Shown here in pieces: positions 13,506 through 23,520 of a DNA stretch of 64,000 bases. Positions within the stretch are counted from its first letter, which is position 1. Each line of letters begins with the position of its first letter. Where the stretch lies: NCBI GenBank assembly GCA_973895155.1, contig OZ316899.1, positions 9,980,287-10,044,286 on the forward strand. Direction: 5' to 3'. The DNA comes from Marsupella aquatica (taxonomy: Eukaryota > Plantae > Marchantiophyta). Made by a program: the position numbers and the translations under genes. The notes under the pieces are model-generated. The model was not told the origin of the DNA and did no database searches. It saw nothing but the letters and a program-made list of their open reading frames with translations.

Positions 13506-14240
13506 CTCCTTTCTGAAAAGAACATGCCCATCAGGACAGGCATGGATGGAATCATAGTTCAAGCCAAGATTAGATATGCATCTTTTTGCCTCGTACATGT
13601 TCTTGGGAAAAATATTACCATTTGGTAGCACAGTTGTTTGCAAGAATGCCAACAACTCAGAAACTAAAACGTTGGGGACATTGTGGTTGCCGTAGATGTT
13701 TAGAAACATGATGACAAATCCTAGTTTAGAACATTTGCTACCAGGTTACAAAGACTTCCTGCCTTCCTGTATTTGCAGGGGAGAGGCAAACATCCCATCA
13801 TGCCCAGGGGTTTCCTACCCTATCTCAAACTCATCAAGAGGCTCTTCGACAGGGGGCACACTTGCATCTGCAGCTGTATCCTCTTCATTGTCCAGCCCAT
13901 CATGAAATGCATCCAAGTCTTGGAAGATGTCTCTCACCATCTCTTCCACATGAACTCCTTCGTCACGTGGTGTTGCCTAAGCACCATCCCGTTGGAGAGC
14001 TGACAACCCACAGAGACCAGCTACAACATTTTCAAATGCACCAGGCAGAACCTCACTTGCCCATCTTGTAGCATTGGCAGCATCAAATTCTAACCTCCAC
14101 TCCTCGTCGGAAGAATCTTCCTCTGCAGGATCATTCCAAACTCGATGTCGTGGATCTCTTCCATGAACCGCGATATGCCGCCAAACCTCATTCAAACCCC
14201 TGGTACGGGATCCTTAGCAAATTGCACAAGGACATCTCAT
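13505..14240 (-). pseudogene. En/Spm (CACTA) transposase 5' fragment
   Basis: RCPCAIC...EVWRHIAVHG resembles the transposase-associated domain. LPNGNIFPKNMYEAKRCISNLGLNYDSIHACPDGHVLFR is the classic Transposase_21 N-terminal motif. Confidence 0.8.
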
Positions 14241-14784
14241 CCTATTGGCTCCTGAAAGTCTGGTTTGTAACCTTTCACGCTGCCAAAGCTTATTATCATG
14301 GCGTGATGTCCTTGTGGGATGATGCAAAGGCAATGCCTGTGCCCTGGGCTGGGTTTGGGGAGGGTGGTGACCAGGGTGCATTGTAACAGGCTGGAAGCTC
14401 TACAGTCATGGACAACAGTGAACAAGGATGCCTAATGGTGGTATTTGTGTTCCATATATCCCTGACTGTATCTGCCAAAAGAGTTAACATAACGTGAAAT
14501 AAATTCTCACAAACCCTAAACCACCCCAAAAGAAAAAAACAGGTTCTTGAGTAGTGTACCTATTGTCAAGTGAATGACACAAAATTCCTAAATGTTGGAG
14601 GGTGTCACCACCTCCTCCGCTGTCCTCAAATGTACCGCCTCTGCATGTACACCCATGACCATATCAGAGTCCAATCATGTATAGTCATAAGCACAGGTGT
14701 GGGAGCGGTATCAAATATCTCACCTTATTACCAGGTGAGATATGGGTACCAACTCTGTTCTCGATGCCACTTAGACCTCAGGTA

Positions 14785-15231
14785 CTAAGGCATGTACATT
14801 AAATCATCAAGGCCTAAACCTTGCTCATGCCATGGGGATCTTGCATCCGTGCCTACAAGCAGTGGATGCAATGCCCTCCACTGGGGGCAAGTTGCTACCA
14901 AGTCCCTCCATCGTGTATTAATTTGTCTATATTTGCAGATATCTTGGGCGCAGGACACCACAAGAACCCTCGGCCAGACATGTGAAAGAACTATATCATC
15001 TGCCAAATCAGGCAACAAGGACCCACCTACAACATCGGGCTTGACTAACTCATTTGCTGAAAAGTAGATGTCCTCTTTGGACTGTGCATCCTCATTCACC
15101 ATAGATTCAGCGTCTCTTGTATCCTTGAGTGGTGGGCCTTGCCACCCAGCGCCCTCACCAATCCCAGCACTTGCGCCTAAGTGCCCTCGGTGCCCGAACG
15201 CCTCCACGGAATACCTCGAGCAAGCATCCAA
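14785..15231 (-). pseudogene. F-box-like fragment
   Basis: LLPDLADDIVLSHVWPRV...YRQINTRWRDLV resembles the plant F-box consensus (LLPGLPDD...R.V...WR.LV). Confidence 0.5.
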
Positions 15232-15918
15232 GTGCCTCTAGCACCACCTCCGGCCACTCCCATACGAAGCCGCACTTGCTCACCTACACGACCGCTACTC
15301 AACGGTCCTCACTGTCTGCACAAACAACCAAGCCCCTTGGTAAGTAACCCCTCCGGATCTAGAACTCGCCCAGTCTAGCATCCTAACTCAAGCTCAACAG
15401 ACGTTGGTAAATAGTCAGTGATAGGTCCTCCCAATGCCATAAGCCGGAACCAGAACCCACGCCCACTGTCCGTCTAGGACAGCTCCTTCCTTGGGCGCGG
15501 CTCGGGTTCCCCCTCGTACCTATCCATCACCAACTGACCGCCCTGACCTCAAGACATGCTCATGGCCCAAATAGCGTAGCTTGTCCCAAACTTGTCTCAA
15601 CACGCCGGGACCAGAATGGCCCCGACTCTAACAACCGCTCCCGGTTTGCCCCACTGATGGTCTAGGGACCGATCGCCCTTGGGACTCAGCCTCCATACCT
15701 ACTTGGCCTTGCCTCCCCAATGCAAGCTCCCTTGGGAGGCTGAACGCGGCTTGGCTGTTGTTCGACAGGATTTGGCAAGCGGGCAAGCTAACACCCACAA
15801 ACCACGAGAACCCATGGCACCCCCTGTGATGCCTAGACAGGAATCACTCGGCCGGTTAAGTGGGTAAAGCAGGAAGGCACCCTAGGAACACCTTAGTATA
15901 GTGACAAAACAAGGAAAA

Positions 15919-15924
15919 TATAAA
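15919..15924 (+). promoter_or_regulatory. Candidate TATA box near the 5' end of the LTR
   Basis: TATAAA ~95 bp into the LTR, upstream of the LTR ORF, conserved in all three family-1 LTRs. Confidence 0.4.
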
Positions 15925-16197
15925 CAATTAGGGGCAACCATGGAACCCGGGCCGAGGCCGGAGGTAAGGCTAAGGGTGAAAACCCGATTAGGGTTAGGGC
16001 GCGTTAAGCGTCGGCGGCTAGGAAGGATCAACGGGAAGAAGGACCGGCAAAGGAGAGGGGTAAGGAGCGCTTGCAGGAAATAGTGGCTCATTTGCGAGCA
16101 CGAACTAGGCAGACGACTACGGGAGGCCAACTACTGTCAACTGCTTAGGCAAGCACTCGGGGAGAGAGTAGATACCGACGATCAACCTAAGGAGGGT

Positions 16198-19100
16198 ATG
16201 AGCAACGTCAATCAAGCGGCACATTTCTGGGGATGCCTGTTCGAACGGGCAACTGAGTACATCAAGACTTACGAGGACGAGGAATCAGAAAGGGCAGCTA
16301 GAGAACGGCAGGAGCTCGCTCGATTGTGGGAGCTGCAGAAGACGGCTTTCTTAGGAGGCAAACTCATCAAGGACGAGTTCCTGTGGACGCCTACTTCCAA
16401 TCAACTCGACGATCTTCTGTTTTGCAAAGACAGCGTCGTCGGCATCCGAGAGGCCATCAAGAACTGCAACGACATACACTGGGAATTAAAGGGTAGCACG
16501 GAAAGGTGGACCCAGGCAACGGTGCTAGGAGAAACCTCCACGGCAGCAGAGATGAAGAGGAAGGGAGCCGTGAACGATGAAGCCACCCCGGCAAAAAGAA
16601 CGAGATCGGCGGCACCAAAGAAGCCAGCCGAGCAGCAGAGTAGGAGGCAGGGAGAAGCCGAAGAAGAGGAGGTCGATCCCATCAAGGCCATTCCAACCAG
16701 GGATGACACCTGGAAGGGCTGGGCGGCAACCCTACCGGTGGAGGTGCAACTACATTTTGCACGGGAGGAGGATGCATGCTTTACGGCCATGCAGACCAAG
16801 AAGTACCAAGGCTTCATGGCCGGATCCGGCTTGGAGGCCTTTGTAAGATTACCATGGCTGAAGCCGGAGGTACCGGAGTCAGACCTATTAGAATTCGTGG
16901 GGTCATGGGAACCCGAGACCAATTGCACGAGGATATATGGGAAGGATTTCTATCTTACTCCCAAGGTAATTGCCGAAGTGTTTGGCCTGCCGATAGGCAA
17001 TAAGACCAAAGTTGATACCAGGAAGACCTTGCCTGACAAGGAGTTCCGGTCGTTCCCCGGGCCATCAACAAAGAATGGCTTCTTCCGGAACACCTGCACC
17101 AACCCGCACATAGGAGAGATGATCGACTTCTTGCGGGTGACCATGCATTGTAACTTGCCGAGGGCAGAGATCGGCAAGGCACAGGTCTATCTGGCAGAAA
17201 GGCCAGACCCAAGCCGGGACTACAACGGGTACCTCCTCAACCAATTGAAGAAGATCTTAAAGGAGGAGCAACAGGTAATCGGCATGGGGAGCGTGTCGCG
17301 GCTTGGCTATCACATGCCGCTGTTGTGCCGGTATGCCAGAGGTCAGACTTTTGCCCCGGTACTTCCCCTGCAGGTAAGGGCACCCGAGGAAGCTCCAACG
17401 CCGAGGCCGTTGGCTGAGAAGCCTCAACCACCTGTTAGTCCTACGATCGAGCAGGTGTTTAGGCCCAGGAAGGAGGACTTGCCGATGCAGCAACCAGGCA
17501 TGCAGAGTCTGCTGAAACTACTGGAGAAAGAAAAGAAATCGGCATCGGCAACAACAACGGCAACGGCAACAATGCAGGACACTACTACAGAGGTAGGCCT
17601 ACACCGGCTCACAAGAGAAAACCCCTTTGCTGGAGACAAGGAGAGAATCAGGCCAAAATCCAAGCCAGGTGTTCGAATGTACGTGGGAACCTCAAGCTCC
17701 GAATCTGAGGCAGAATTGCCTGCAGCTCCTACCGACGAAGAGGAGAGGGAGAAGCCGGACGTCCAAGAGGTAGAGGAGGCAGTGGAGGACTGCAGCCATG
17801 ATAATTCCGGCTATGGGTCGGACCATCACGTTCCAGGAGTAAGGACCTGTGGCCGGTTTGTCCCCACACTTCCAAGGGTAGTGCGAGGGGACCCCAACCA
17901 GCAGAGTAGCCCTGAGTCTCCCCCACCAGACGTTGCCCCCCCGAGCTTCGACGGCATAAAACAGACGGTGCAGGAATTTCAGGAGCGAATCAAGCAGGAA
18001 GAGGAGGCCGCCCTGGCTAAGGAAAAGGATTTACCAGGAGGAGATTGGCCGGAGGACATCAGGCGGCTAGCCGAAAAAGGAAGCAAACCTCTAGCCACGA
18101 TTGAAGAGATCCGCAGGACGGCTTGGGAGCAGAGGCCACGATGGGCGATGCCGATCACTTCTACTTACTCCACCTACGCTAAGAATAGAGCCATGGAGTA
18201 TGGTGAGATGTGTGGGGAACTTGCGCTCGGCATCTTTGGAGAGGAGTTGGAGGTAGGACCCTTTTTCCATAGGGAGCAGTTGGAGAAGCACCAATTAGAA
18301 GAAGCGGTGGCTTTAGAGAGAAGCAAGAAGGACGAGGTCATTCGGCGGCTTAGGAGGATGGAAGCCGAGATTGAAGATCTAAGGGCGGCCAAGAAAGCCC
18401 AAGATGAACTGCGGATTAAACGACATGAGCTGAACATCATGCAGGGGCAGTTGGACACCGCGCAGGCTGATAATCAGAATATCAAGGATAAACTGACTCA
18501 GACGCAGGAAGAGTTGGCCGACACGATCAAAGAGAGGGAGAAGTGGAAGCAAGAGCTGAAGAATACAGAGGAGGCCCACATAACAGCCAACAGCCGGGCC
18601 ATGGCGGAGACCCAAAGAAAGGAATGGGCGTTGAAAGGGGAGCTCGAGAAAATCCGCGGAGCCCTTGAGCAGAAGGAGGCCGAGTTAGGGAAATCCTATC
18701 AAGGGATTATGGCGCTGCAGCAGGAGCTTGCGTCCCTGACGGCCAGCTTCAAGGCCGACCTAAGGGAGAAGGACGAGATGCTCGAACAGACTTACGCCAA
18801 GATGAATCAGATGGAGTCTGTCATCATTGCAGAGCTCGACAAGGAGCTAAGAGCAACCCAGGAGGAGAGGGCTACCTTGAAGAAGGAATTGGAGGAAGCC
18901 CACAGGGAGCAGGAGGAGGCCAAAAACGAGCTGGAGGGAGCACGTAAGGACCTGGATGAAACCCAAGAGGAGTTGGAGGAAATCACGAGGAAGATGGAGA
19001 ACCTACAGCGGCGGGCCGACAACCAAACTGAGCGGCTGAAGAAACAAGCCGCAGTATTTAAATGCTTAGCTGCAGCAGGTCCATCTCCCGTTGGGACAAA

Positions 19101-19539
19101 CCAGTTACCAGGGGTGGTAATTGCCGAAGGACAGGCCGCGCCACCTGCACCAGTGCCGGAAGTAAGTGGGAAGGGGAAGGGACCAGATGCCGAGCCACCA
19201 ACGAAGAAGAAGCGGAAACCTTCAAGGTCAAGGAGTAATACGACTTCACAGGCCGTGGTGATCAAGGAGGTAGACCCAGCACCGACCCCAGACAGGGTCA
19301 CGGCTAAGGATCCAACTACCCTAGGGGAAGGGGAAGCCGAAGCCGTGGGAGTGGCTGAGGCCGAAGCCGTGGGTATTGCCGAGGCCGGTGTCGAGGCTGA
19401 AGCCGAAGGTGGACCCAGTCAGGCCGAGGGAGAGTTGACTCGGTCAAGGGCAGGTAATCTGTCAGTAGGCGGGCCAACGGCAGTGGCTGAGGGGGAAGTG
19501 TTGGGGGCGTCCATTGAGGATCCACCACCGGTGTCGTGA
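16198..19539 (+). CDS. Intact LTR-encoded 1113-aa protein: plant-transposon (Transposase_32/Athila-ORF/PMD-like) domain + Pro/acidic linker + long coiled coil
   Basis: Uninterrupted ORF lying wholly inside the LTR. GLEAFVRLPW...LLEFVGSW...TRIYGKDFYLTPKVIAEVFGLP resembles the 'EF...V.G..V..S...I...FGLP' core of retrotransposon extra-ORF domains. Residues ~700-960 are heptad E/K/L-rich. Confidence 0.85.
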   Translation: MSNVNQAAHFWGCLFERATEYIKTYEDEESERAARERQELARLWELQKTAFLGGKLIKDEFLWTPTSNQLDDLLFCKDSVVGIREAIKNCNDIHWELKGSTERWTQATVLGETSTAAEMKRKGAVNDEATPAKRTRSAAPKKPAEQQSRRQGEAEEEEVDPIKAIPTRDDTWKGWAATLPVEVQLHFAREEDACFTAMQTKKYQGFMAGSGLEAFVRLPWLKPEVPESDLLEFVGSWEPETNCTRIYGKDFYLTPKVIAEVFGLPIGNKTKVDTRKTLPDKEFRSFPGPSTKNGFFRNTCTNPHIGEMIDFLRVTMHCNLPRAEIGKAQVYLAERPDPSRDYNGYLLNQLKKILKEEQQVIGMGSVSRLGYHMPLLCRYARGQTFAPVLPLQVRAPEEAPTPRPLAEKPQPPVSPTIEQVFRPRKEDLPMQQPGMQSLLKLLEKEKKSASATTTATATMQDTTTEVGLHRLTRENPFAGDKERIRPKSKPGVRMYVGTSSSESEAELPAAPTDEEEREKPDVQEVEEAVEDCSHDNSGYGSDHHVPGVRTCGRFVPTLPRVVRGDPNQQSSPESPPPDVAPPSFDGIKQTVQEFQERIKQEEEAALAKEKDLPGGDWPEDIRRLAEKGSKPLATIEEIRRTAWEQRPRWAMPITSTYSTYAKNRAMEYGEMCGELALGIFGEELEVGPFFHREQLEKHQLEEAVALERSKKDEVIRRLRRMEAEIEDLRAAKKAQDELRIKRHELNIMQGQLDTAQADNQNIKDKLTQTQEELADTIKEREKWKQELKNTEEAHITANSRAMAETQRKEWALKGELEKIRGALEQKEAELGKSYQGIMALQQELASLTASFKADLREKDEMLEQTYAKMNQMESVIIAELDKELRATQEERATLKKELEEAHREQEEAKNELEGARKDLDETQEELEEITRKMENLQRRADNQTERLKKQAAVFKCLAAAGPSPVGTNQLPGVVIAEGQAAPPAPVPEVSGKGKGPDAEPPTKKKRKPSRSRSNTTSQAVVIKEVDPAPTPDRVTAKDPTTLGEGEAEAVGVAEAEAVGIAEAGVEAEAEGGPSQAEGELTRSRAGNLSVGGPTAVAEGEVLGASIEDPPPVS

Positions 19540-20464
19540 CGGTGCAAGGGCGCCGTTCCTTTTAGGGAGGGCGGACGTGGAGGGAGGAGGCGTGAGTGGG
19601 CAGGGCGGGCGCGGATCTCCACGTTTAGGATTAGGATTAGAACCAGGAGCGGCCCTGACACTTAGCTTAGTGGGATTGCGGTTCCACTGGTAGGAGCAAC
19701 ACTTGTGCTCCTGCCTTGCTGTACATAGGCAGATTCGGGCAAGTAGATTACTGTCAGGTAGATTAGGCTTACGATGCAAAGAATGGCGGATCCACTACCA
19801 GGATAAGTACCTGGGCAGCGGGGAGCTCAGGGCCTCTTCTTTAGCAAGTTTTTAGTTTGCACCAGCCGGGCTGGGATCAAGTAGTACGAGAAGCTCTCGG
19901 TTAGTCATACAGTGACCCTTGTGTATATTCATGTTTCCTCATGCCTAAGAGCTGAATAGAGTTGGCCTCACGGCTTAGTTCGCAGAACTGGTGTATGAGA
20001 TGTACTGTTTGTATGGCAAGTGCATGGTATGACTCAGTCAGAATGAGTCATTTTGCTATTTGTGTGTCGCATTAACTTGTGTGAAGAGTGCCCACATCAA
20101 CAGAAGGAAGGAAAGTAAGCAGGGGAGTGAGAGTTGGATGTGTCAAGCTGAGAGAGGTCTTAGCGGCTTAACCAAGCCTATTGGGGATCATTCCGGCGGC
20201 GGAATCCAAACATACCTAACAAGACGGAGGGGAAGACAGGGGAAGACAGGGGAAGACCTATATTAGGCCGGCTACGTATCTCATGACCCGATGAAGGATC
20301 TGTCCAGTATATGTGTGTAAAATGTTAATAGTAGTAGTAGAAGGTTAGCAGCGTCCCATGCCGCTAAGCCGCGGAAACGGCCTCGCCAAGCACGAAACCT
20401 GCGGGAATCGGCTTGAGCTGGGGGGTTTCTTGGGTTTAGGGAGCCATGGGACGCACCACATTTT

Positions 20465-20482
20465 TGGCGCTAGATGGAGGGG
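20465..20482 (+). promoter_or_regulatory. Primer-binding site (tRNA-Asn-like)
   Basis: TGGCGCTAGATGGAGGGG immediately after the LTR; one mismatch to the complement of the plant tRNA-Asn 3' end. Confidence 0.8.
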
Positions 20483-20529
20483 GCATTTCTTAAGCCGTGA
20501 GATATGAAGTTAGAACGGAAGCGTAGGTA

Positions 20530-23520
20530 ATGACTGACCTTACGCCGAGGGAAGAAAGAGTGATTCAACGGGAGAGAGCTCGACTGCAGCAGCTCGCCGG
20601 GTGGCATGATACACAGCGACTGAGAGGGGCAGAAAGAGCTGGTAGCTCCGAAACTGGAAGTGGCGTCGAAGAAGACATACCAGAAGAAGAGTCGGTAAGG
20701 AGAAGTGAGTCTACAACCGACATGGGGGAACCAGAGGCACGGCCAGACGAGAGGTCAGGGACCAGATTGAGCCAGCGGTCGCGCATACATTACAAGGCAT
20801 TTCATGGGAGAGGAGATGAGGATCCGGACGAATGGTTGGATGATTTCGAGGGAACCGCTGCAGCAAATGGAGAATCGACCATCAAGATGCAGATTCTTCC
20901 CGGCCTGTTCAAGGGTGAGGCTAGGCCTTGGTACAGAGCATTAGATGTGGAAGATCAAGCCATCTGGGATATCTTCAAAACACTCTTTGTTAAGGAGTTT
21001 CGACCCATTGGAACTTCAGAACTAGCAGTGCTGAAGTTGGGACAACTTCGGTTCAAGGAGAATAAATCCTTCAGGAAGTTCTTGCAACGCTTTCAGAAAC
21101 TGGTAAGACATACAAAGACCAATGCATCTGAAGGTATGCAACTTCAATGGTTGGTGAATGCTTTGCCACAGAAGATGAGTTTTGCAATTAGGAAGGAGAA
21201 CCCGGAGACTTTAGCCGAAGCAATTAAGGATATTCAATTATACATTAATGCAGATATCACAAGCCGGAAGAAACAGCTTAAGTCTGAGAGTTCCTCATCA
21301 GAGGAGGGATCACCCCATAAGAAAAAAGATAAGAAGAAGAAACATTCCAAGAAGTCTAGAAGTGATAAGTCAAGCTCGAATAGTGGGAGTAGCAAGAGTG
21401 AGTCATCTTCTAGTTCTGAAGAAGAAAAAACTAGGAAAAGGAAGGGCATAAGGAGAGGGAAGACGAAAGTCAAGATGGAGGCTAAGCCACCAGATAACAT
21501 CGTAGCCCTTACCGAGCAACTTAAAGCTATCATTGCAGAGGTAAAACCAAAGAAGAAGGTAGTACAGGAGGATAGCTCTGTATGGTGTGCCTTATGTTAT
21601 AAAACCGGACACCATAAAGATGCGTGTCCTAAGCTTAATACTAATCATGTTCGGCATGTGGCCGAGATCAGACCATGTCAGGGAGAAGTAGAGTACTTTT
21701 TAGGAGATGCCGCTGATAGTGTTTTCGGCATCAGTGAGATTGGAGCACGAGACCTATCCAACAGACCTGCATCTCTGTGGTCAGGGTTAAGGAACAATCC
21801 AGGAGAGATGTATCCTCGGATTATTCAGAACCCGTCAGTACCTCCTAGGCCGAATGTGCAAAGATTTGCGGCGTGCTATAATTGTGGTCAACCTGGCCAT
21901 TTTGCTAGAGAATGCCCGAATGCACGCAAACAGGGTGATGGACAACCAGCTCAGCTATGTATGGGATGCCGACAGGAAGGTCATATGCTAGGGCAATGTC
22001 CTACTTGGTTGGCAGGCCTGGCCGCAAATCATAAGCTTTTGCCGATCAAGATCTTACCGCCAGGTACTACCCCCGGAGGAGTTCAAATCAACCACATCGA
22101 ACTAGGATGGCAAGAGGATGCCGAGGCAGAGTTCGTACCATCTGATGATGAGGCCGAAGCCCTATCAACCTTCTCAGAGGAGGATTTAGATCATGATTGC
22201 TACCGGGTCTCTACTCGATCTACCAGAAGGAAGGAAAGGTGGGATGGGCTGGCCAAAAATAAAGGGAAGGTTACGGAGGAAAGGATCGACTCTTCGTCAA
22301 CATCAACAGAAGGAGAAGGGAGGGCTCCGGCAATACAGGTAAGCCATGAGCCCACCAGTGAACCCAATCCTTCACAAGATAGCGACTTCAATCGAGATCA
22401 TCCTAAGTTGTTCTACCCCTCTGTTACGGCTAGTGTTAAGGAACAACTAAGAGAATTAGAAACCCTGGAGAATACCGAAGCCATTGCCAAAGATGTAAAA
22501 CGAGCAAAAGCATTGTTTGCTTCGGAAGACCCAACAGCTGTGGAGACTAGCGTGGCAAAACTGGCCGAATCCAAGGAAACACCACCAGAGGAGAAGCCGA
22601 TTGTTCCCTATGACCTGGCTAAAGATGTACTAGAATCTAGAGTCTCGGCAACAGTAGGTCAACTATTGAAAAATAGCCCGTACTTCCGGAAGCAATTAAG
22701 GAAGGCTATTCTCGGCAAGCCGAGATTACCCAAGGTAGCAACCAGATCCGACGTACTAATGATAGAAGAAGATCAAGGAGCCCCAGCATTACCATTAATG
22801 ATTCAAGGAGAATTATTACTACGGGTACCCATCGATGGAGGATCAGGGGTATGTATTATGATTGATTCAACAGCAAAAGGGTGGGGTCTAACACCGGAGA
22901 TGACTGGAAGAGTGTTGAACATGGCCAATGGATATCAGGTCATTCCTACGGGAGTGTTAACCGGCATCAAGACAGAGATAGGAGGTATCTTCTTTAGCAT
23001 TAACTATGTAGTAATGAAGCCGGTAAACCCTACGTCATTCCGGCTATTGATTGGTAGGCCATGGCTGTACCTAGCCGAGGTAATAGAAGATTGGGGTAAA
23101 AAGCAGTTCACTTTCGGGACCCCCTCTATCACAGTATCCTGGGACACTAAGGATGACCGTAGGAAAAGCATAAGGGAAGTAGATGGGTACGACAGTGGAC
23201 TGGAGTCAGCCGATGAAGTACGTTGGTTAGAATGCCTCACTAACCTAACCGAAGAAGGTGTCTTTGGACCTGAGGTACCCCCCAGCGGATTATGGCAGGA
23301 ACCAATGGAAGGTGACTTGGAAGAAGAAGACGCAGAGGTCGAGGACTGCTTTACAATAGAATCCACCTTTTTAGCTGCAATTCCGGAGGAAGTAAAGGAT
23401 GTAGACCAATTGGATGAAACGGCTAAGTGGGGAGCAGTAGCAGGGACAGTGAATTTTCTGCAGGCGTTGTGGCAGAGCCGGCAGGGTTCACAACGCCATC
23501 GATCATCGGCAAGGAATTAA
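20530..23520 (+). CDS. gag: Gag-protease polyprotein (996 aa)
   Basis: Capsid-like F.G...EDPDEWL. Three CX2CX4HX4C knuckles (CALCYKTGHHKDAC, CYNCGQPGHFAREC, CMGCRQEGHMLGQC). Aspartic protease IDGGSG...LLIGRPWL. Confidence 0.92.
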   Translation: MTDLTPREERVIQRERARLQQLAGWHDTQRLRGAERAGSSETGSGVEEDIPEEESVRRSESTTDMGEPEARPDERSGTRLSQRSRIHYKAFHGRGDEDPDEWLDDFEGTAAANGESTIKMQILPGLFKGEARPWYRALDVEDQAIWDIFKTLFVKEFRPIGTSELAVLKLGQLRFKENKSFRKFLQRFQKLVRHTKTNASEGMQLQWLVNALPQKMSFAIRKENPETLAEAIKDIQLYINADITSRKKQLKSESSSSEEGSPHKKKDKKKKHSKKSRSDKSSSNSGSSKSESSSSSEEEKTRKRKGIRRGKTKVKMEAKPPDNIVALTEQLKAIIAEVKPKKKVVQEDSSVWCALCYKTGHHKDACPKLNTNHVRHVAEIRPCQGEVEYFLGDAADSVFGISEIGARDLSNRPASLWSGLRNNPGEMYPRIIQNPSVPPRPNVQRFAACYNCGQPGHFARECPNARKQGDGQPAQLCMGCRQEGHMLGQCPTWLAGLAANHKLLPIKILPPGTTPGGVQINHIELGWQEDAEAEFVPSDDEAEALSTFSEEDLDHDCYRVSTRSTRRKERWDGLAKNKGKVTEERIDSSSTSTEGEGRAPAIQVSHEPTSEPNPSQDSDFNRDHPKLFYPSVTASVKEQLRELETLENTEAIAKDVKRAKALFASEDPTAVETSVAKLAESKETPPEEKPIVPYDLAKDVLESRVSATVGQLLKNSPYFRKQLRKAILGKPRLPKVATRSDVLMIEEDQGAPALPLMIQGELLLRVPIDGGSGVCIMIDSTAKGWGLTPEMTGRVLNMANGYQVIPTGVLTGIKTEIGGIFFSINYVVMKPVNPTSFRLLIGRPWLYLAEVIEDWGKKQFTFGTPSITVSWDTKDDRRKSIREVDGYDSGLESADEVRWLECLTNLTEEGVFGPEVPPSGLWQEPMEGDLEEEDAEVEDCFTIESTFLAAIPEEVKDVDQLDETAKWGAVAGTVNFLQALWQSRQGSQRHRSSARN

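Larger units (their letters stand above)
15825..20460 (+). repeat. 5' LTR (4636 bp)
   Basis: TGTGATGCC...CACCACA. Same length as the 3' LTR, with only roughly 15-20 substitutions seen by eye. Confidence 0.97.

Noticed and set aside
16198-19539. True retroviral envelope gene
   Set aside because: No signal peptide or hydrophobic transmembrane segment is visible; the protein is charged and coiled-coil with basic NLS-like patches.
5340-20460. LTR1 and LTR2 as the two LTRs of one element, or a tandem three-LTR element
   Set aside because: LTR1 has its own PBS and truncated gag and is more diverged. The TSD CCCCC pairs LTR2 with LTR3, and the intervening DNA belongs to other transposons.
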